From: a virus
Virus record (IMG/VR): IMGVR_UViG_3300030943_000118
Direction: 5' to 3' (one strand)
DNA length: 31,625 bases
Under the pieces are notes generated by a model. The model did no database searches. It was not told the DNA's origin and saw only the letters and a program-made list of their open reading frames with translations. Below are positions 1-8,961 of the stretch, piece after piece; the stretch's first letter is position 1, and each line of letters begins with the position of its first letter. Made by a program: the position numbers and the translations under genes.

Positions 1-127
1 TCGGGATAGACGATCATGAAGTTGATGTCTCTGCCGGTTGTGGCTGTCTTGGCATAGCCCCATGTTGACGCACCGTCATTCAGGGTGACCTGCGTATAGA
101 ACCGCGAAGCAGGAACGAACGTAACGA
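1..127. repeat. terminal direct repeat, identical to 31499..31625 (circular or terminally redundant genome; unit length 31,498 bp)
   Basis: Seen in sequence: the first 127 nt (tcgggatagacgatcatgaagttgatg...gaacgaacgtaacga) are repeated exactly at the window end. Confidence 0.95.
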
Positions 128-728
128 CCATGTCGTTGTACCCGGCGATAACGGTATTAATAACACCGTCAGAACCGAACTGGCGTGTCAGAGAGGCGTT
201 CAGAGCAGGCTTGAGATTGGAGTTGATGAAAAGCTTTCTGCCGGCTGCAGGAACTTCATCAGCGTCCATCTGACGAACTGCTTCATCAATAGCGGCAAGG
301 ATATCAGTCTTTGTCAGGACTGCGGGAGTTGCAACAACGCTGATGCCTGATGCCCCGGCGTACTTAGCGAAACGGTAAGCATCGAGCTCTGGAGTTACCC
401 AGTCGCGCATGAAGTTACCGATTACGGTACCGAATGTCTTACCGAGAGTGGCCTCGTCGTCGATTCTTCCAACCGAGATTTCCTTGCCTCTCATCTGAGC
501 GAGAGTCATTGTTTCCCACGCGGCTGTAACGTCGCCCGAGGGATATCCGGTAGACTGGCTGTAAGTTCCGAGTCCGGTTGTGGAGACCTTGAGAATCTTG
601 ATCTCATTGACTCCGGAAAACTCCGAAACCATGGAGGGAGTATCGAGAGCCTGCGTAACAGACTGTGCTTTGTAGATCAGGTCAACAACAGGGGCCATTT
701 TCGAAGCGAGTGCAATTGAGTTTGCCAT
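1..728 (-). CDS. major capsid protein, 5' part of a gene split by linearisation (continues at 31339..31498)
   Basis: Minus-strand ORF starting at ATG 728 with AAGGAG 7 nt upstream, open to the window edge and resuming in frame at the window end; translation MANSIALASKMAPVVDLIYKAQSVTQALDTP..., about 296 aa in total. Lies between the scaffold and head-tail connector genes. Absent from the ORF track because it crosses the edge. Function inferred from position and size. Confidence 0.7.
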   Translation of the reverse strand, partial: MANSIALASKMAPVVDLIYKAQSVTQALDTPSMVSEFSGVNEIKILKVSTTGLGTYSQSTGYPSGDVTAAWETMTLAQMRGKEISVGRIDDEATLGKTFGTVIGNFMRDWVTPELDAYRFAKYAGASGISVVATPAVLTKTDILAAIDEAVRQMDADEVPAAGRKLFINSNLKPALNASLTRQFGSDGVINTVIAGYNDMVVTFVPASRFYTQVTLNDGASTWGYAKTATTGRDINFMIVYP

Positions 729-730
729 AA

Positions 731-1288
731 TTATTTCTCCTTATTTTGTAATCCTGCGCCCTGCATGAGTGAGGCTGTAAATGCATCAAGCACTTTTCCG
801 CCGCCTGCTCCTGTGGGCGCTACTCCGTTGAGAATCGGTTCATTGGCGCCGAATATGAAAGACGTGTCCTCGGCCGCTTTGAGTGCCGCGAACTTGGTTT
901 CGATATCGGCTTCTTGGTTCTTGCTTAACTTGAGGGTTTCGACATCCAAAAACGGAATGACCGCCTTGACATTTTTGGCCCCGTGCTTTTTGGCCGCCTC
1001 GGTTAACTTGCTCGTGAACTCGTAATCTGATTTGATCTGATCGGCTTTTGCGTTGGCGGCAACAAGATCGGTCTGATACTGTGTCACCTTACCCTTGATC
1101 TCGTCATAGTCCTTGAATCCGTCGATGGTTGTATTGGCCGTAGTTAACTGCGTCTTAACTGACTCATAATCAGTTTTGATCGTGTCGTACTTAGCCTTTT
1201 CAGCCGTGACATCTTTTCCGTTTGCCGCCATAACCGCACTGATCTGTTCCTCTGTGAGTCCGAGTGTCTTGAGTTCTTCCGTTTTCAT
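731..1288 (-). CDS. capsid scaffolding protein (GP20-like)
   Basis: ORF 731..1312; the likely start is the second ATG at 1288 (MKTEELKTLGLTEEQ..., GAGG 8 nt upstream). Coiled-coil-like K/E/A-rich sequence directly upstream of the capsid gene. Family assignment from memory of GP20-type scaffold N-termini. Confidence 0.7.
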   Translation of the reverse strand: MKTEELKTLGLTEEQISAVMAANGKDVTAEKAKYDTIKTDYESVKTQLTTANTTIDGFKDYDEIKGKVTQYQTDLVAANAKADQIKSDYEFTSKLTEAAKKHGAKNVKAVIPFLDVETLKLSKNQEADIETKFAALKAAEDTSFIFGANEPILNGVAPTGAGGGKVLDAFTASLMQGAGLQNKEK

Positions 1289-1410
1289 CTTTCTTACCTC
1301 TTTCTTTCTCATTAAGTTGTTTAAGGCGTGTAACTGACCGCCGAGAATTGACTGTTTTAAGTCTGATCAACTGACTAATTATTGCCAGATCAAACCTTTA
1401 GGGTTCTTTC

Positions 1411-1440
1411 GGGCATGAAAAAAGCACCCGGTTAAGAGTG
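1411..1440 (-). terminator. possible weak intrinsic terminator inside the 300-bp gap upstream of the scaffold and capsid genes
   Basis: On the minus strand: AGGCACTC-TTAACC-GGGTGCTT hairpin (8 bp with G-U wobbles) followed by TTTTTT. Confidence 0.3.
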
Positions 1441-1613
1441 CCTTTCTGAGAGATTGTTGCTTTTGTAAAGCCAGAACCATGATCTACCTTGCGTCTATTA
1501 CTGGCTGTCAACGCTCAAGGCTTGAACTATCGCATTGGTCTGTCCTCCTTTTTCCCATTACTGATTCCCATACGGCATCAAATGATATTTTTGCTAGTAA
1601 TTCAGAAAACATT

Positions 1614-1883
1614 TCACACCGCCTCATATGTCTTCTCAAAGATGTCAGGCTTGCATGGATAACATTCTCCGCTCACGCCCTGAATGATGAAGTCATAATC
1701 TGAAACGTGCATCTCACCCTCGAGGGTGACTATCGATATGCTCTGAGAGTTATCAATTTTATTTGTTCGACTTGCTATAAGATGTGGAATTGCCCATTCA
1801 GGAAATGGACCGTAATTGCGTCTCATTTCCGGTGTCATTTGTACTGCTTCAATTACAACTGGTTTCTTTCTGTACTTTGCCAT
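1614..1883 (-). CDS. hypothetical protein (89 aa)
   Basis: ATG 1883 with AAGGAGG 4-5 nt upstream; begins 10 nt after the minor capsid gene stop. Confidence 0.65.
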   Translation of the reverse strand: MAKYRKKPVVIEAVQMTPEMRRNYGPFPEWAIPHLIASRTNKIDNSQSISIVTLEGEMHVSDYDFIIQGVSGECYPCKPDIFEKTYEAV

Positions 1884-1892
1884 AAATCCTCC

Positions 1893-3050
1893 TTACATTA
1901 CTCTCCCAAGCCCGTCAATCGTGACTCGTTCCCTCTGTTGTGGCAGTCCCATAGCCTTTGACAGGCCCGTGTACTCAGCAGATGAGCCTTGATACCGGCT
2001 CATAGCGTTCTGAATGTCCAGTGGATCACCGCCTCCCTGCTTTAACAAGCTGATCTCTTGCCTCTGTGCTCGCATATTCGTCTCAAGCTGTCTCTGTCTC
2101 TGCAAGGCCTCTGACGTGGTGTATTCCTTGCCGTTGTACTTCTTCGGTACGTTTTCAGCGTCGTTCATCTGCTTGAGTTGCTCGTCAGTGTAGGTCCGAA
2201 CTGAAGCACCCGGGACGAAGGCAAGATAATCGTGCATACAATTTGGTCCCTTGATTCCTGCGGCTGTTCCGAGCCCGCACTGATCAATCAGTTCTTTTTT
2301 CGTGAACACCTTGCCTTGAAACCATTGGTGATCTTCTCTCGCTCCTGCGTGCCATGTGATTTCAAAGCTGTTCGTTCCTAGGTCCTTAGCGGTATTTTCA
2401 TTGATGTGCGACATGGTCTGATTGAAGCCCGTCATGGTTGCCCTGCGAGCTGCCACTGTAACCCTGTTGTGATATCCGGACTCGTAATCTATCCATCTAA
2501 GCCCGGAGTTCGTCATATCCTTGACTGTGCGACGTAGGGATTCGGTGTAAGAAAATGCGCCCGTTGAGATATCGCCGATTGCCTTATCAAGTGTTTTCTG
2601 ATAGAACTGCGTAATGTCCAGCGCCTTGAGCTTTCCGTTTTCCTGTGTGACAAATCCGAGTGACTTGCTGATGTTCAGGAATTCATCCTTAGTCTGCTTC
2701 TTGACAGCTTCCATAAGTGATTGCAGCTCGATGTTATCGGCGACTGGAACCGGAACATTGCCCGTCTTGGTGTACAGATCAGCGTTTCGAATGTATTCAG
2801 CTTTGACCGCCTCTGCATAGATATCATCGATTGCCTTGTCGGATAGGTTAAGCGTAAACTGAATGGCTTTCTTGATCTCTTGCTTGGATTGCCCTAACTG
2901 TACGAGCCTTGTTATCTGCCAGTCAGCAGATCGAGTAATAGAGGCGTTGATCTGGATCCGGCGCACGATATCGGACATAATGCGATTCTCAAGATCGCCG
3001 AATGCAGATACCGGACCTGTCGGGATTCCCTCGATGTCAGATGCTTGCAT
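1893..3050 (-). CDS. minor capsid / head morphogenesis protein
   Basis: 385-aa ORF immediately downstream of the portal gene, GGAGGG RBS; position and size match the minor head protein that follows portal in SPP1/Sfi11/TP901-like phages. Confidence 0.7.
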   Translation of the reverse strand: MQASDIEGIPTGPVSAFGDLENRIMSDIVRRIQINASITRSADWQITRLVQLGQSKQEIKKAIQFTLNLSDKAIDDIYAEAVKAEYIRNADLYTKTGNVPVPVADNIELQSLMEAVKKQTKDEFLNISKSLGFVTQENGKLKALDITQFYQKTLDKAIGDISTGAFSYTESLRRTVKDMTNSGLRWIDYESGYHNRVTVAARRATMTGFNQTMSHINENTAKDLGTNSFEITWHAGAREDHQWFQGKVFTKKELIDQCGLGTAAGIKGPNCMHDYLAFVPGASVRTYTDEQLKQMNDAENVPKKYNGKEYTTSEALQRQRQLETNMRAQRQEISLLKQGGGDPLDIQNAMSRYQGSSAEYTGLSKAMGLPQQRERVTIDGLGRVM

Positions 3051-3068
3051 ATTACCCTCCGACTCTGC

Positions 3069-3329
3069 TTATTTTACAAGCGAATTGCTCCATTTCTTAT
3101 AGCAATCAAGATATCCCTCTTCCTTGTCGCCGTTCCACGTAAATTCGTAATACATTCCGTCCGAAACCGTTGTACTCAAAAGTGCCTTGTTGTTTTGTAA
3201 AACCTTACACTGCCACACAACGTAAACCATGCTCGCTTCAAGCGGGGTTGAATCGGAAACATCTCTGTTATTGTTGAAAAAATTAACAATTGCGCTTATG
3301 GCCTTTTCCCTAAAATCTACTTCGTTCAT
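3069..3329 (-). CDS. hypothetical protein (86 aa)
   Basis: ORF between the portal and minor capsid genes with an AGGAGAGG-like RBS. Confidence 0.5.
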   Translation of the reverse strand: MNEVDFREKAISAIVNFFNNNRDVSDSTPLEASMVYVVWQCKVLQNNKALLSTTVSDGMYYEFTWNGDKEEGYLDCYKKWSNSLVK

Positions 3330-3425
3330 AATTTCCTATCCTCTCCTTACACAACGCCCGTCCTGATAGGCTCTGCGTCTGTGCTCCGTTAAGTGACTTG
3401 CCCTGTACCTCTGCTGCTGGCGTTG

Positions 3426-4823
3426 CTAGGGCTGTTTGATTGCCCCCCCAAACGTATCCGGCATCACACCCGCACTCTGCGGCACGTTCGCCTTTGCAGT
3501 CGCTTCATCTTCGCCGTACCACTTCATGCGGTATTCCCATGGGTTCATCAGTCCGGCCGCTACATCGGCTTTGTCGCTTGCCTTGTTCGATTCATCGTCA
3601 GTCAGAATTGAATCGCCGAATTCGCACTTGTATTCATATCCGGTATTTACCAGACCGTTTACAAATGCCATAGCATCAACCAAATCACTTAAGCAATCCT
3701 TGAGGTTGTCCTCGATCGCTATGACGCGGTTGTACTTTGTCTTTTTGGCTGACTTAATCTCTGTTGCTGTTTTCTCAATCGTCGCTTCTCTGGACAGATC
3801 GCCAAACGACAGCCCGACATTCGATTCAATGTTTCGCTTGAATTCCTCAAGACCCCCTATATAGCCGTCTCCTCTAAGCTCCGGAGAAAACGCTACATAA
3901 GGCGCCTCTGCATCTCCATTGCCTTTCATTCCGAGAGCACGCAGTAATCGCTCTTTGGGTCTGAGTCGATACCCCTCGTCATTCGCTTGCGGTATTGCTT
4001 CGGGATCCGCTATGATCGCCCGCTCTGCTGATTCATACTCCCATTCCAGGCGTCCGAACTGCTTGTCTGCTTTCTTGATCAACTCAATAGCAGATTCGAA
4101 TATCGACACGCCATTGAACGAACGGTCGATCTTGTTCTTCAGCGGGTTTTTGTAGTACCCGAAATCCGGCTTGTTCCAGTCAGGATAGAATATCTCTGGC
4201 TTGAGTTTCGCCCAGTCATCGAAAGTATCGAGCGGAATCTCTCTGCCGATGTCTGATTCTGACTGCGACTTATAAGCCTTGTTTGTAATCGTAAGTCCTG
4301 CATCAGATACGGTATGCCTCTCTAATCGCCTGTAGTGGTCGCTGTCACCTTTGCGTCTGAGCTCAATGAAGATAACGTCCATGAGTCTGCCACGCGAATC
4401 GTAGGCAATGGGAACGAAATCACCCTGTGCTACGTACTCAACAGCAGACACGCCCAAAGGCTTGATACAGAACGCACCTAAAGCAATGCCCTCTTGGAAG
4501 TTCTCATTAAGATCCCGAATAGCTGCCTTGTACAGAACGTCCAGCTTATCATTGCCAGTGGATGACTCCATTTCATTGAGACAGACATCTGCAAACTCTC
4601 GGGCAATGGATGACTCAAGACCAAGCGAACAGATACCGTCTTTGTCAGATATCCACGCCGCTTTACCGTCGTACATCTTCCGCCATATATCGATCCGTGT
4701 AATCATCGTGGATGTGATCGCTGCTTCACCGCCTACGATCTTCTTAATATCCGTGGTCGAAAACATAGCTTTCACCCCCTGTAGGAATGCCTTGATTGAT
4801 GTAATTAAAGACATTCGCTTCAC
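3426..4823 (-). CDS. portal protein
   Basis: 465-aa ORF directly downstream of the terminase large subunit; size, position and acidic C-terminal region are typical of SPP1-type portals. Confidence 0.8.
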   Translation of the reverse strand: MKRMSLITSIKAFLQGVKAMFSTTDIKKIVGGEAAITSTMITRIDIWRKMYDGKAAWISDKDGICSLGLESSIAREFADVCLNEMESSTGNDKLDVLYKAAIRDLNENFQEGIALGAFCIKPLGVSAVEYVAQGDFVPIAYDSRGRLMDVIFIELRRKGDSDHYRRLERHTVSDAGLTITNKAYKSQSESDIGREIPLDTFDDWAKLKPEIFYPDWNKPDFGYYKNPLKNKIDRSFNGVSIFESAIELIKKADKQFGRLEWEYESAERAIIADPEAIPQANDEGYRLRPKERLLRALGMKGNGDAEAPYVAFSPELRGDGYIGGLEEFKRNIESNVGLSFGDLSREATIEKTATEIKSAKKTKYNRVIAIEDNLKDCLSDLVDAMAFVNGLVNTGYEYKCEFGDSILTDDESNKASDKADVAAGLMNPWEYRMKWYGEDEATAKANVPQSAGVMPDTFGGAIKQP

Positions 4824-6169
4824 TCCTCTTTATCGTCATACGGTAGAAACTTCTTGATTTGTTTCCACATTCCCATAACAAAATACCTGGTGCCGTCTAA
4901 GCAATGGTCGTTCTCTTTGACTGGCTGTTCTGTGCCTCGCTCAATTGATTTCTTGTCATACGAATACAGCCCGAACTCTTTTGTAAGTTCCGGCTGCTCC
5001 CAGACAGATAAGACGTTGTATGTTAGGCACTTCTGGACTCGCGATATGCCAAGAGCCACACCGTTCTGCGCGTCCCTTATGAGGATCCTCGGCATTGCTC
5101 GCTTTATTTCCTCGGCAAGTCCTTTAGCAGACGGGTCAATAAAAGCGTAACGAACAATACAATCATATGTAGCTTCGATTCGTTCCACGAATGAGACAAA
5201 ATCTTTAGCATACTGAGACGGCGAGCGTTGATGCCCTGTTGATCTTCCTGAATGATAATACTCACCAAGGCCACCTACTCTCTTAAGCGATGTCCACAGT
5301 CCAAATGCCTCGAATGTCGTTGCGTTCATCTGTCCATAATCGATTCCGATTCCTACAGTGTCGGGCGATATCGGGTTATTCCGTTCGTCTTGAGGCGGGA
5401 TGCTGATATGGTCCTTGCAGAACATGTAATAAATAAGCTCGTCTATGCCGATACACAGTCCAAGCCAGAGCCAGTTAAATAGCTTGATGTCTGACGCTTT
5501 GAGTAGTTCTGCTGATTCTAATAGTTTCTTACCAAGCCACTCTTTGGGAACGTCCCGATAATCAAGATGAACGTGCAGAACATCCGGCCTTAACTTCATC
5601 TTTTCAAGCCATGCCATGATAGGCGCATTCGGGTTTTTCGGAGGATTAAACAAATAAACGATCTGAAATACTTCGTTGTTCCCCCTGCTGAAAGTCGCCT
5701 CTATATTTAGTAGTTCGTCCTCTCCTGCTCCGGAATCAAAGAACTCTGTAAGCTCGTCAATCACTACGTACTTAATCGGTCTGGATTCATCAATTACGCC
5801 TTTTGTGTCGTCAATTGAATCGTTACCGGTGAAATAGATTGTATTCTGTAATTTCTTATAGCAAATCTGCATAGGCGAAAGACTTATCTTGAACCGATTT
5901 TTTGATATGCGAGTCCGATTGATTGCTCGAAGTGTTTCCGTGTAAACTGTTTTCCTGATCTTGTTGTGAAACTTCCTTATGACAACAATAGAACACAATT
6001 GTTCTGATATGATCTTTGCTATTGTCCGGATAGAAGCAAAGGATGATTTAGTTGCCGCTCTTCCAGATGTCAGAATGATATGCGTGTGTTCCGTGTCGAA
6101 AAAAACATCATCCAACTTTTCGATTGTTTCCTCAAGTAGATAGACCGTCTTTTCGTCTTCCAAACACAA
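4820..6169 (-). CDS. terL: terminase large subunit
   Basis: 449 aa with an N-terminal P-loop-like segment ILTSGRAATKSS and a C-terminal acidic nuclease motif (DHCLDGTRYF). Apparent TTG start at 6169, no in-frame ATG before the P-loop. Overlaps the terS 3' end by 38 nt. Confidence 0.8.
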   Translation of the reverse strand: MCLEDEKTVYLLEETIEKLDDVFFDTEHTHIILTSGRAATKSSFASIRTIAKIISEQLCSIVVIRKFHNKIRKTVYTETLRAINRTRISKNRFKISLSPMQICYKKLQNTIYFTGNDSIDDTKGVIDESRPIKYVVIDELTEFFDSGAGEDELLNIEATFSRGNNEVFQIVYLFNPPKNPNAPIMAWLEKMKLRPDVLHVHLDYRDVPKEWLGKKLLESAELLKASDIKLFNWLWLGLCIGIDELIYYMFCKDHISIPPQDERNNPISPDTVGIGIDYGQMNATTFEAFGLWTSLKRVGGLGEYYHSGRSTGHQRSPSQYAKDFVSFVERIEATYDCIVRYAFIDPSAKGLAEEIKRAMPRILIRDAQNGVALGISRVQKCLTYNVLSVWEQPELTKEFGLYSYDKKSIERGTEQPVKENDHCLDGTRYFVMGMWKQIKKFLPYDDKEE

Positions 6170-6884
6170 TCACCACTCCATCATCGTTATTGCTTACATC
6201 ATCGTCCTCATTCAGCTTCTTAGCTTGTGCCTGGATAAGTCCAAGCTTGGCCTGCTGTTCTTCTGTTGCCATATTCATATGCTCCGTGAGCCAGTCAAGG
6301 GCTTTCATACGGTCAGCCAGTTTAATAGAATCGCTTTTCCCTGTCTTGACCTCACTGATTATCGTGCCGTCTATTTGGTCAGAGGGAACAAAAGACATGT
6401 TGTTGATTGTCTCGATTCCGTTATCTGTCTCGACATCTCGCGCTATCCATGTGATGTAGTCCGTCATGTCAGCAAAGGCAATGTCCATGTACTTCTGAAA
6501 GATGTCGGAGGGCTTGAGCATGGCTTGAGAATAGCGCTGTTCCTTGATCTTCATGATTTCATCACGAATCTTGACATTATCCAACAGTCGGGATCCGCAA
6601 GTGCACGCGGTAATGTAATCGCACTCGTAAGCCTTTTGATATGACTTCGTCGCATTAAACGACTTGCCATAATGTAAGCAAAACAATTGCTGCTTGGCTG
6701 TGAGCGATGTATTTGAGATAACCGACTGAACGGCTTCCCTGTTCTTGGAACGTTCCAGTGTTCCAGCGTTCCAACGTTCCTTTGATTTCCAGCCTCTAAC
6801 TGTTCCTGCTGGTATATTTAGCTTTGCGGCGATATCGGCAAGCGACATGCCGGAATCAAATAATGACTTAGCTTCTTCATGCAC
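6132..6884 (-). CDS. terS: terminase small subunit
   Basis: 250 aa with an N-terminal HTH (MSLADIAAKLNIPAGTVRGWK) and the LTAKQQLFCLHYGKSFNATKSYQKAY motif typical of Terminase_2-type small subunits. Apparent GTG start at 6884 with GAGAGGTGAGG upstream. Confidence 0.8.
   Translation of the reverse strand: MHEEAKSLFDSGMSLADIAAKLNIPAGTVRGWKSKERWNAGTLERSKNREAVQSVISNTSLTAKQQLFCLHYGKSFNATKSYQKAYECDYITACTCGSRLLDNVKIRDEIMKIKEQRYSQAMLKPSDIFQKYMDIAFADMTDYITWIARDVETDNGIETINNMSFVPSDQIDGTIISEVKTGKSDSIKLADRMKALDWLTEHMNMATEEQQAKLGLIQAQAKKLNEDDDVSNNDDGVVIVFGRRKDGLST
6744..6784. repeat. palindrome GGAACGTTCC plus four tandem 8-bp GTTCCA-containing units inside terS; candidate pac site
   Basis: Seen in sequence: cttGGAACGTTCCagtGTTCCAgcGTTCCAacGTTCCttt. 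Confidence 0.45.
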
Positions 6885-6937
6885 TCACCTCACCTCTCTC
6901 TTGATAAAATAAAAGAGATTACCACAGGCAGCAGTAA

Positions 6938-7231
6938 TCATCTGATTCGTTCGATTGTTTTTCCTTCGTCGTTCATCAAAAATGCTTCTGTCGCCCCTGA
7001 AAGGGTTATTACGTTTGCAGGGCAACCTTCGTTCATTGGTGTTTTGTAGTAAGTTATAAATCCATCTGGCCGCTTGTTGCTCAACGAAAGCATTTCCGCA
7101 TCTTCTTTGGTCATTGCTTTTTGGTCCCTGTAATAACCGTACTGAACTTCTTGCACCCCTGAAACAACGTGCCATGTGCAGTCTTGAGTATCTTTTGCGT
7201 GCTCGTTAATGGTGGTGTACTTAATAATCAT
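6938..7231 (-). CDS. hypothetical protein (97 aa), first gene of the late operon
   Basis: ATG 7231 with GAGGT 7 nt upstream. Preferred over the overlapping Arg-rich ORF 6885..7175. Confidence 0.6.
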   Translation of the reverse strand: MIIKYTTINEHAKDTQDCTWHVVSGVQEVQYGYYRDQKAMTKEDAEMLSLSNKRPDGFITYYKTPMNEGCPANVITLSGATEAFLMNDEGKTIERIR

Positions 7232-7385
7232 CTTTCTACCTCATTTCTATCTATCTGTCTGCCTGTGATACTTCCCTTTCGGGATTCCGATATTGCTCAG
7301 CGTCGGAATAAGCGGCACGGAGTTTTTACCGAGGTTCCGGATCCTCGTTGCGGCCCGTGGTCGGAGGGTAACCAATTCCGGGCAT

Positions 7386-7416
7386 GTAAAAAGCCGGGCG
7401 TTTTGATGCGCCCGAC
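7386..7416 (-). terminator. intrinsic terminator downstream of the sigma-like regulator gene
   Basis: Minus strand: GTCGGGCG-CATCAAAA-CGCCCGGC hairpin followed by TTTTTAC, about 30 nt after the stop at 7447. Confidence 0.55.
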
Positions 7417-7446
7417 TTTTGTTACTTTGTAATTTTAATGATATCA

Positions 7447-7917
7447 TCACTCAACGCACAACTGGACACAACTATTTTTAGCAATGATTGAAATTGACCG
7501 ATCAAGATAACTTTGAATCGTGTTTTTATGGCATGGCATTTCAGATGCGGCTTGTTCTTGGGTCTTTCCGTCGTAATAGACCAGTATCACGACTTGCTGT
7601 AGCAGCTTAGGCAATCGGAATGTTTGCATGTCAAGCCATTCTACAGCGGACTCTTGGGCGTCAAGCTCGGCATTGAGCTTTGTCTTGTCATACCTGCCCT
7701 GCCTGCGTTCTGCCGGGATTCTAGTAATAATACTAATTAGCCCTCCGTCTGTCGCTCCTGATGTCTGTACAGCGTCCCTGTCGTATGTAACGGCTTGCAG
7801 GGATAGAGCGGTGACGATTTCTGCATCCGTCTCGCAAACAACCCTGCGTCCTGCCTGTATGACAGACATTGCTATCTTGCGCTCCTCGAATAGTTTTCTT
7901 ACTTCGAATTCAGTCAA
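7447..7917 (-). CDS. sigma-70 region-4-like transcriptional regulator (putative late-gene activator)
   Basis: C-terminal segment LPKLLQQVVILVYYDGKTQEQAASEMPCHKNTIQSYLDRSI resembles a sigma-70 region 4 HTH. Sits immediately upstream of the packaging and structural operon. Apparent TTG start. Confidence 0.55.
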   Translation of the reverse strand: MTEFEVRKLFEERKIAMSVIQAGRRVVCETDAEIVTALSLQAVTYDRDAVQTSGATDGGLISIITRIPAERRQGRYDKTKLNAELDAQESAVEWLDMQTFRLPKLLQQVVILVYYDGKTQEQAASEMPCHKNTIQSYLDRSISIIAKNSCVQLCVE

Positions 7918-7979
7918 AATTTGTTACCTCCCTTGGTCGCGTTTCACAAGTTTCAGCAAATAAAATTTTAAGTTGTTTT

Positions 7980-8168
7980 TCAGGGTTTTTTCCGGACTTC
8001 TCTGACAAATACCCGCGTCATAACTACCGAAGCAATATAAGCGCAAGCAGGACAGATATAAATTTCTCTTTCAAGACCTTCTCCATATCCGGTTATTCTG
8101 AAATGTACGGCCGATTTTCCTTTAAACTTGAATCTGTTCCCAAGAATTTCGCTTTCTACGTCTGTCAT
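7980..8168 (-). CDS. small CxxC-containing protein (62 aa)
   Basis: Start ATG 8168 overlaps the upstream stop (ATGA); ORF-track start 8258 is probably too far upstream. Confidence 0.45.
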   Translation of the reverse strand: MTDVESEILGNRFKFKGKSAVHFRITGYGEGLEREIYICPACAYIASVVMTRVFVREVRKKP

Positions 8169-8506
8169 GGCGTTACCTCGGGTAGTTGTGGAGCGCATGT
8201 CCAGTGCGGATATTCCTTTTCGTTTTTGGCAACATACTCGAATGGCGTTTCTCCCCAACAGTTATACAAAACGTCTTGAGCCATGACGTACCACTCGTAT
8301 CCATCAAATGTTGCATCTTCCTTTTTCGGCTTCTCTTCGGCTGTCACGCGGATTCTGGTACGGGAAAGTTCGCGGATAATGTCTTTGTATGCCTTGGTCT
8401 TTTCCTCATACCGTAACGGATTGATTATTCCCGTGTACGCCTCTACAAAACTTTCCAAATACGCAATTCTGCCCTCGCAATATTTAATTAGTTCACTATT
8501 ATTCAT
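8165..8506 (-). CDS. hypothetical protein (113 aa)
   Basis: ORF with GGGAG RBS; start is 11 nt after the upstream mini-gene stop. Confidence 0.6.
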   Translation of the reverse strand: MNNSELIKYCEGRIAYLESFVEAYTGIINPLRYEEKTKAYKDIIRELSRTRIRVTAEEKPKKEDATFDGYEWYVMAQDVLYNCWGETPFEYVAKNEKEYPHWTCAPQLPEVTP

Positions 8507-8518
8507 CAGCTTTTCTCC

Positions 8519-8689
8519 CTACTTACAACTTATGCAATAATGCAAAAATTCTCCGTCAACTTTTGCTGTGCGCCATTCTTCTTCTTTGATTTTCTCAAGT
8601 GCTTCTCCAAAGGATTCCATGCCGCCGATTTCTTCTGTGCAACTATCACAGATTATTGAATATTTCCCGTATTCTTTTACGATGCTCAT
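8519..8689 (-). CDS. zinc-ribbon mini-protein (56 aa, CxxC...CxxC)
   Basis: Found by translating the gap: MSIVKEYGKYSIICDSCTEEIGG...FLHYCISCK; ATGA overlap with the upstream gene. Not in the ORF track (below its size cutoff). Confidence 0.4.
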   Translation of the reverse strand: MSIVKEYGKYSIICDSCTEEIGGMESFGEALEKIKEEEWRTAKVDGEFLHYCISCK

Positions 8690-8961
8690 TCGACTTCCTC
8701 CAAAATTTCCGTAACGTCATATGTCATTGCTTTTATACCTAATTCAAAATCACCACTTGTTGTTTCCCGAAAAACCTTTTTGCACAACTCGCTTATCCTT
8801 TCGTTCTTCTTTAGTGCGGATATTGCGAGAGAATGATATTCCATAATCTTTACAATATGGTTCGGCAACGGCGTTGGATCATTTTCACATTTGCTAAGTT
8901 TGTTTTGACATTTAAACCAGATTATGGCTTCTTCTGTCTTGGTTCTTTCCGTTTCGCTCAC
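8686..8961 (-). CDS. hypothetical protein (about 91 aa)
   Basis: ORF 8686..8997; likely start is GTG 8961 (AAGGAGG 7 nt upstream, GTGA overlap with the upstream stop). Confidence 0.5.
   Translation of the reverse strand: MSETERTKTEEAIIWFKCQNKLSKCENDPTPLPNHIVKIMEYHSLAISALKKNERISELCKKVFRETTSGDFELGIKAMTYDVTEILEEVE

Noticed and set aside
6885-7175. Minus-strand 96-aa Arg-rich ORF
   Set aside because: It overlaps the better-supported gene 6938..7231 in another frame, has biased composition and no RBS.
7330-7360. tRNA-like T-arm hairpin (CGAGG-TTCCGGAT-CCTCG)
   Set aside because: The loop is 8 nt and does not fit the T-loop consensus, and no matching acceptor stem or D-arm could be assembled on either strand.
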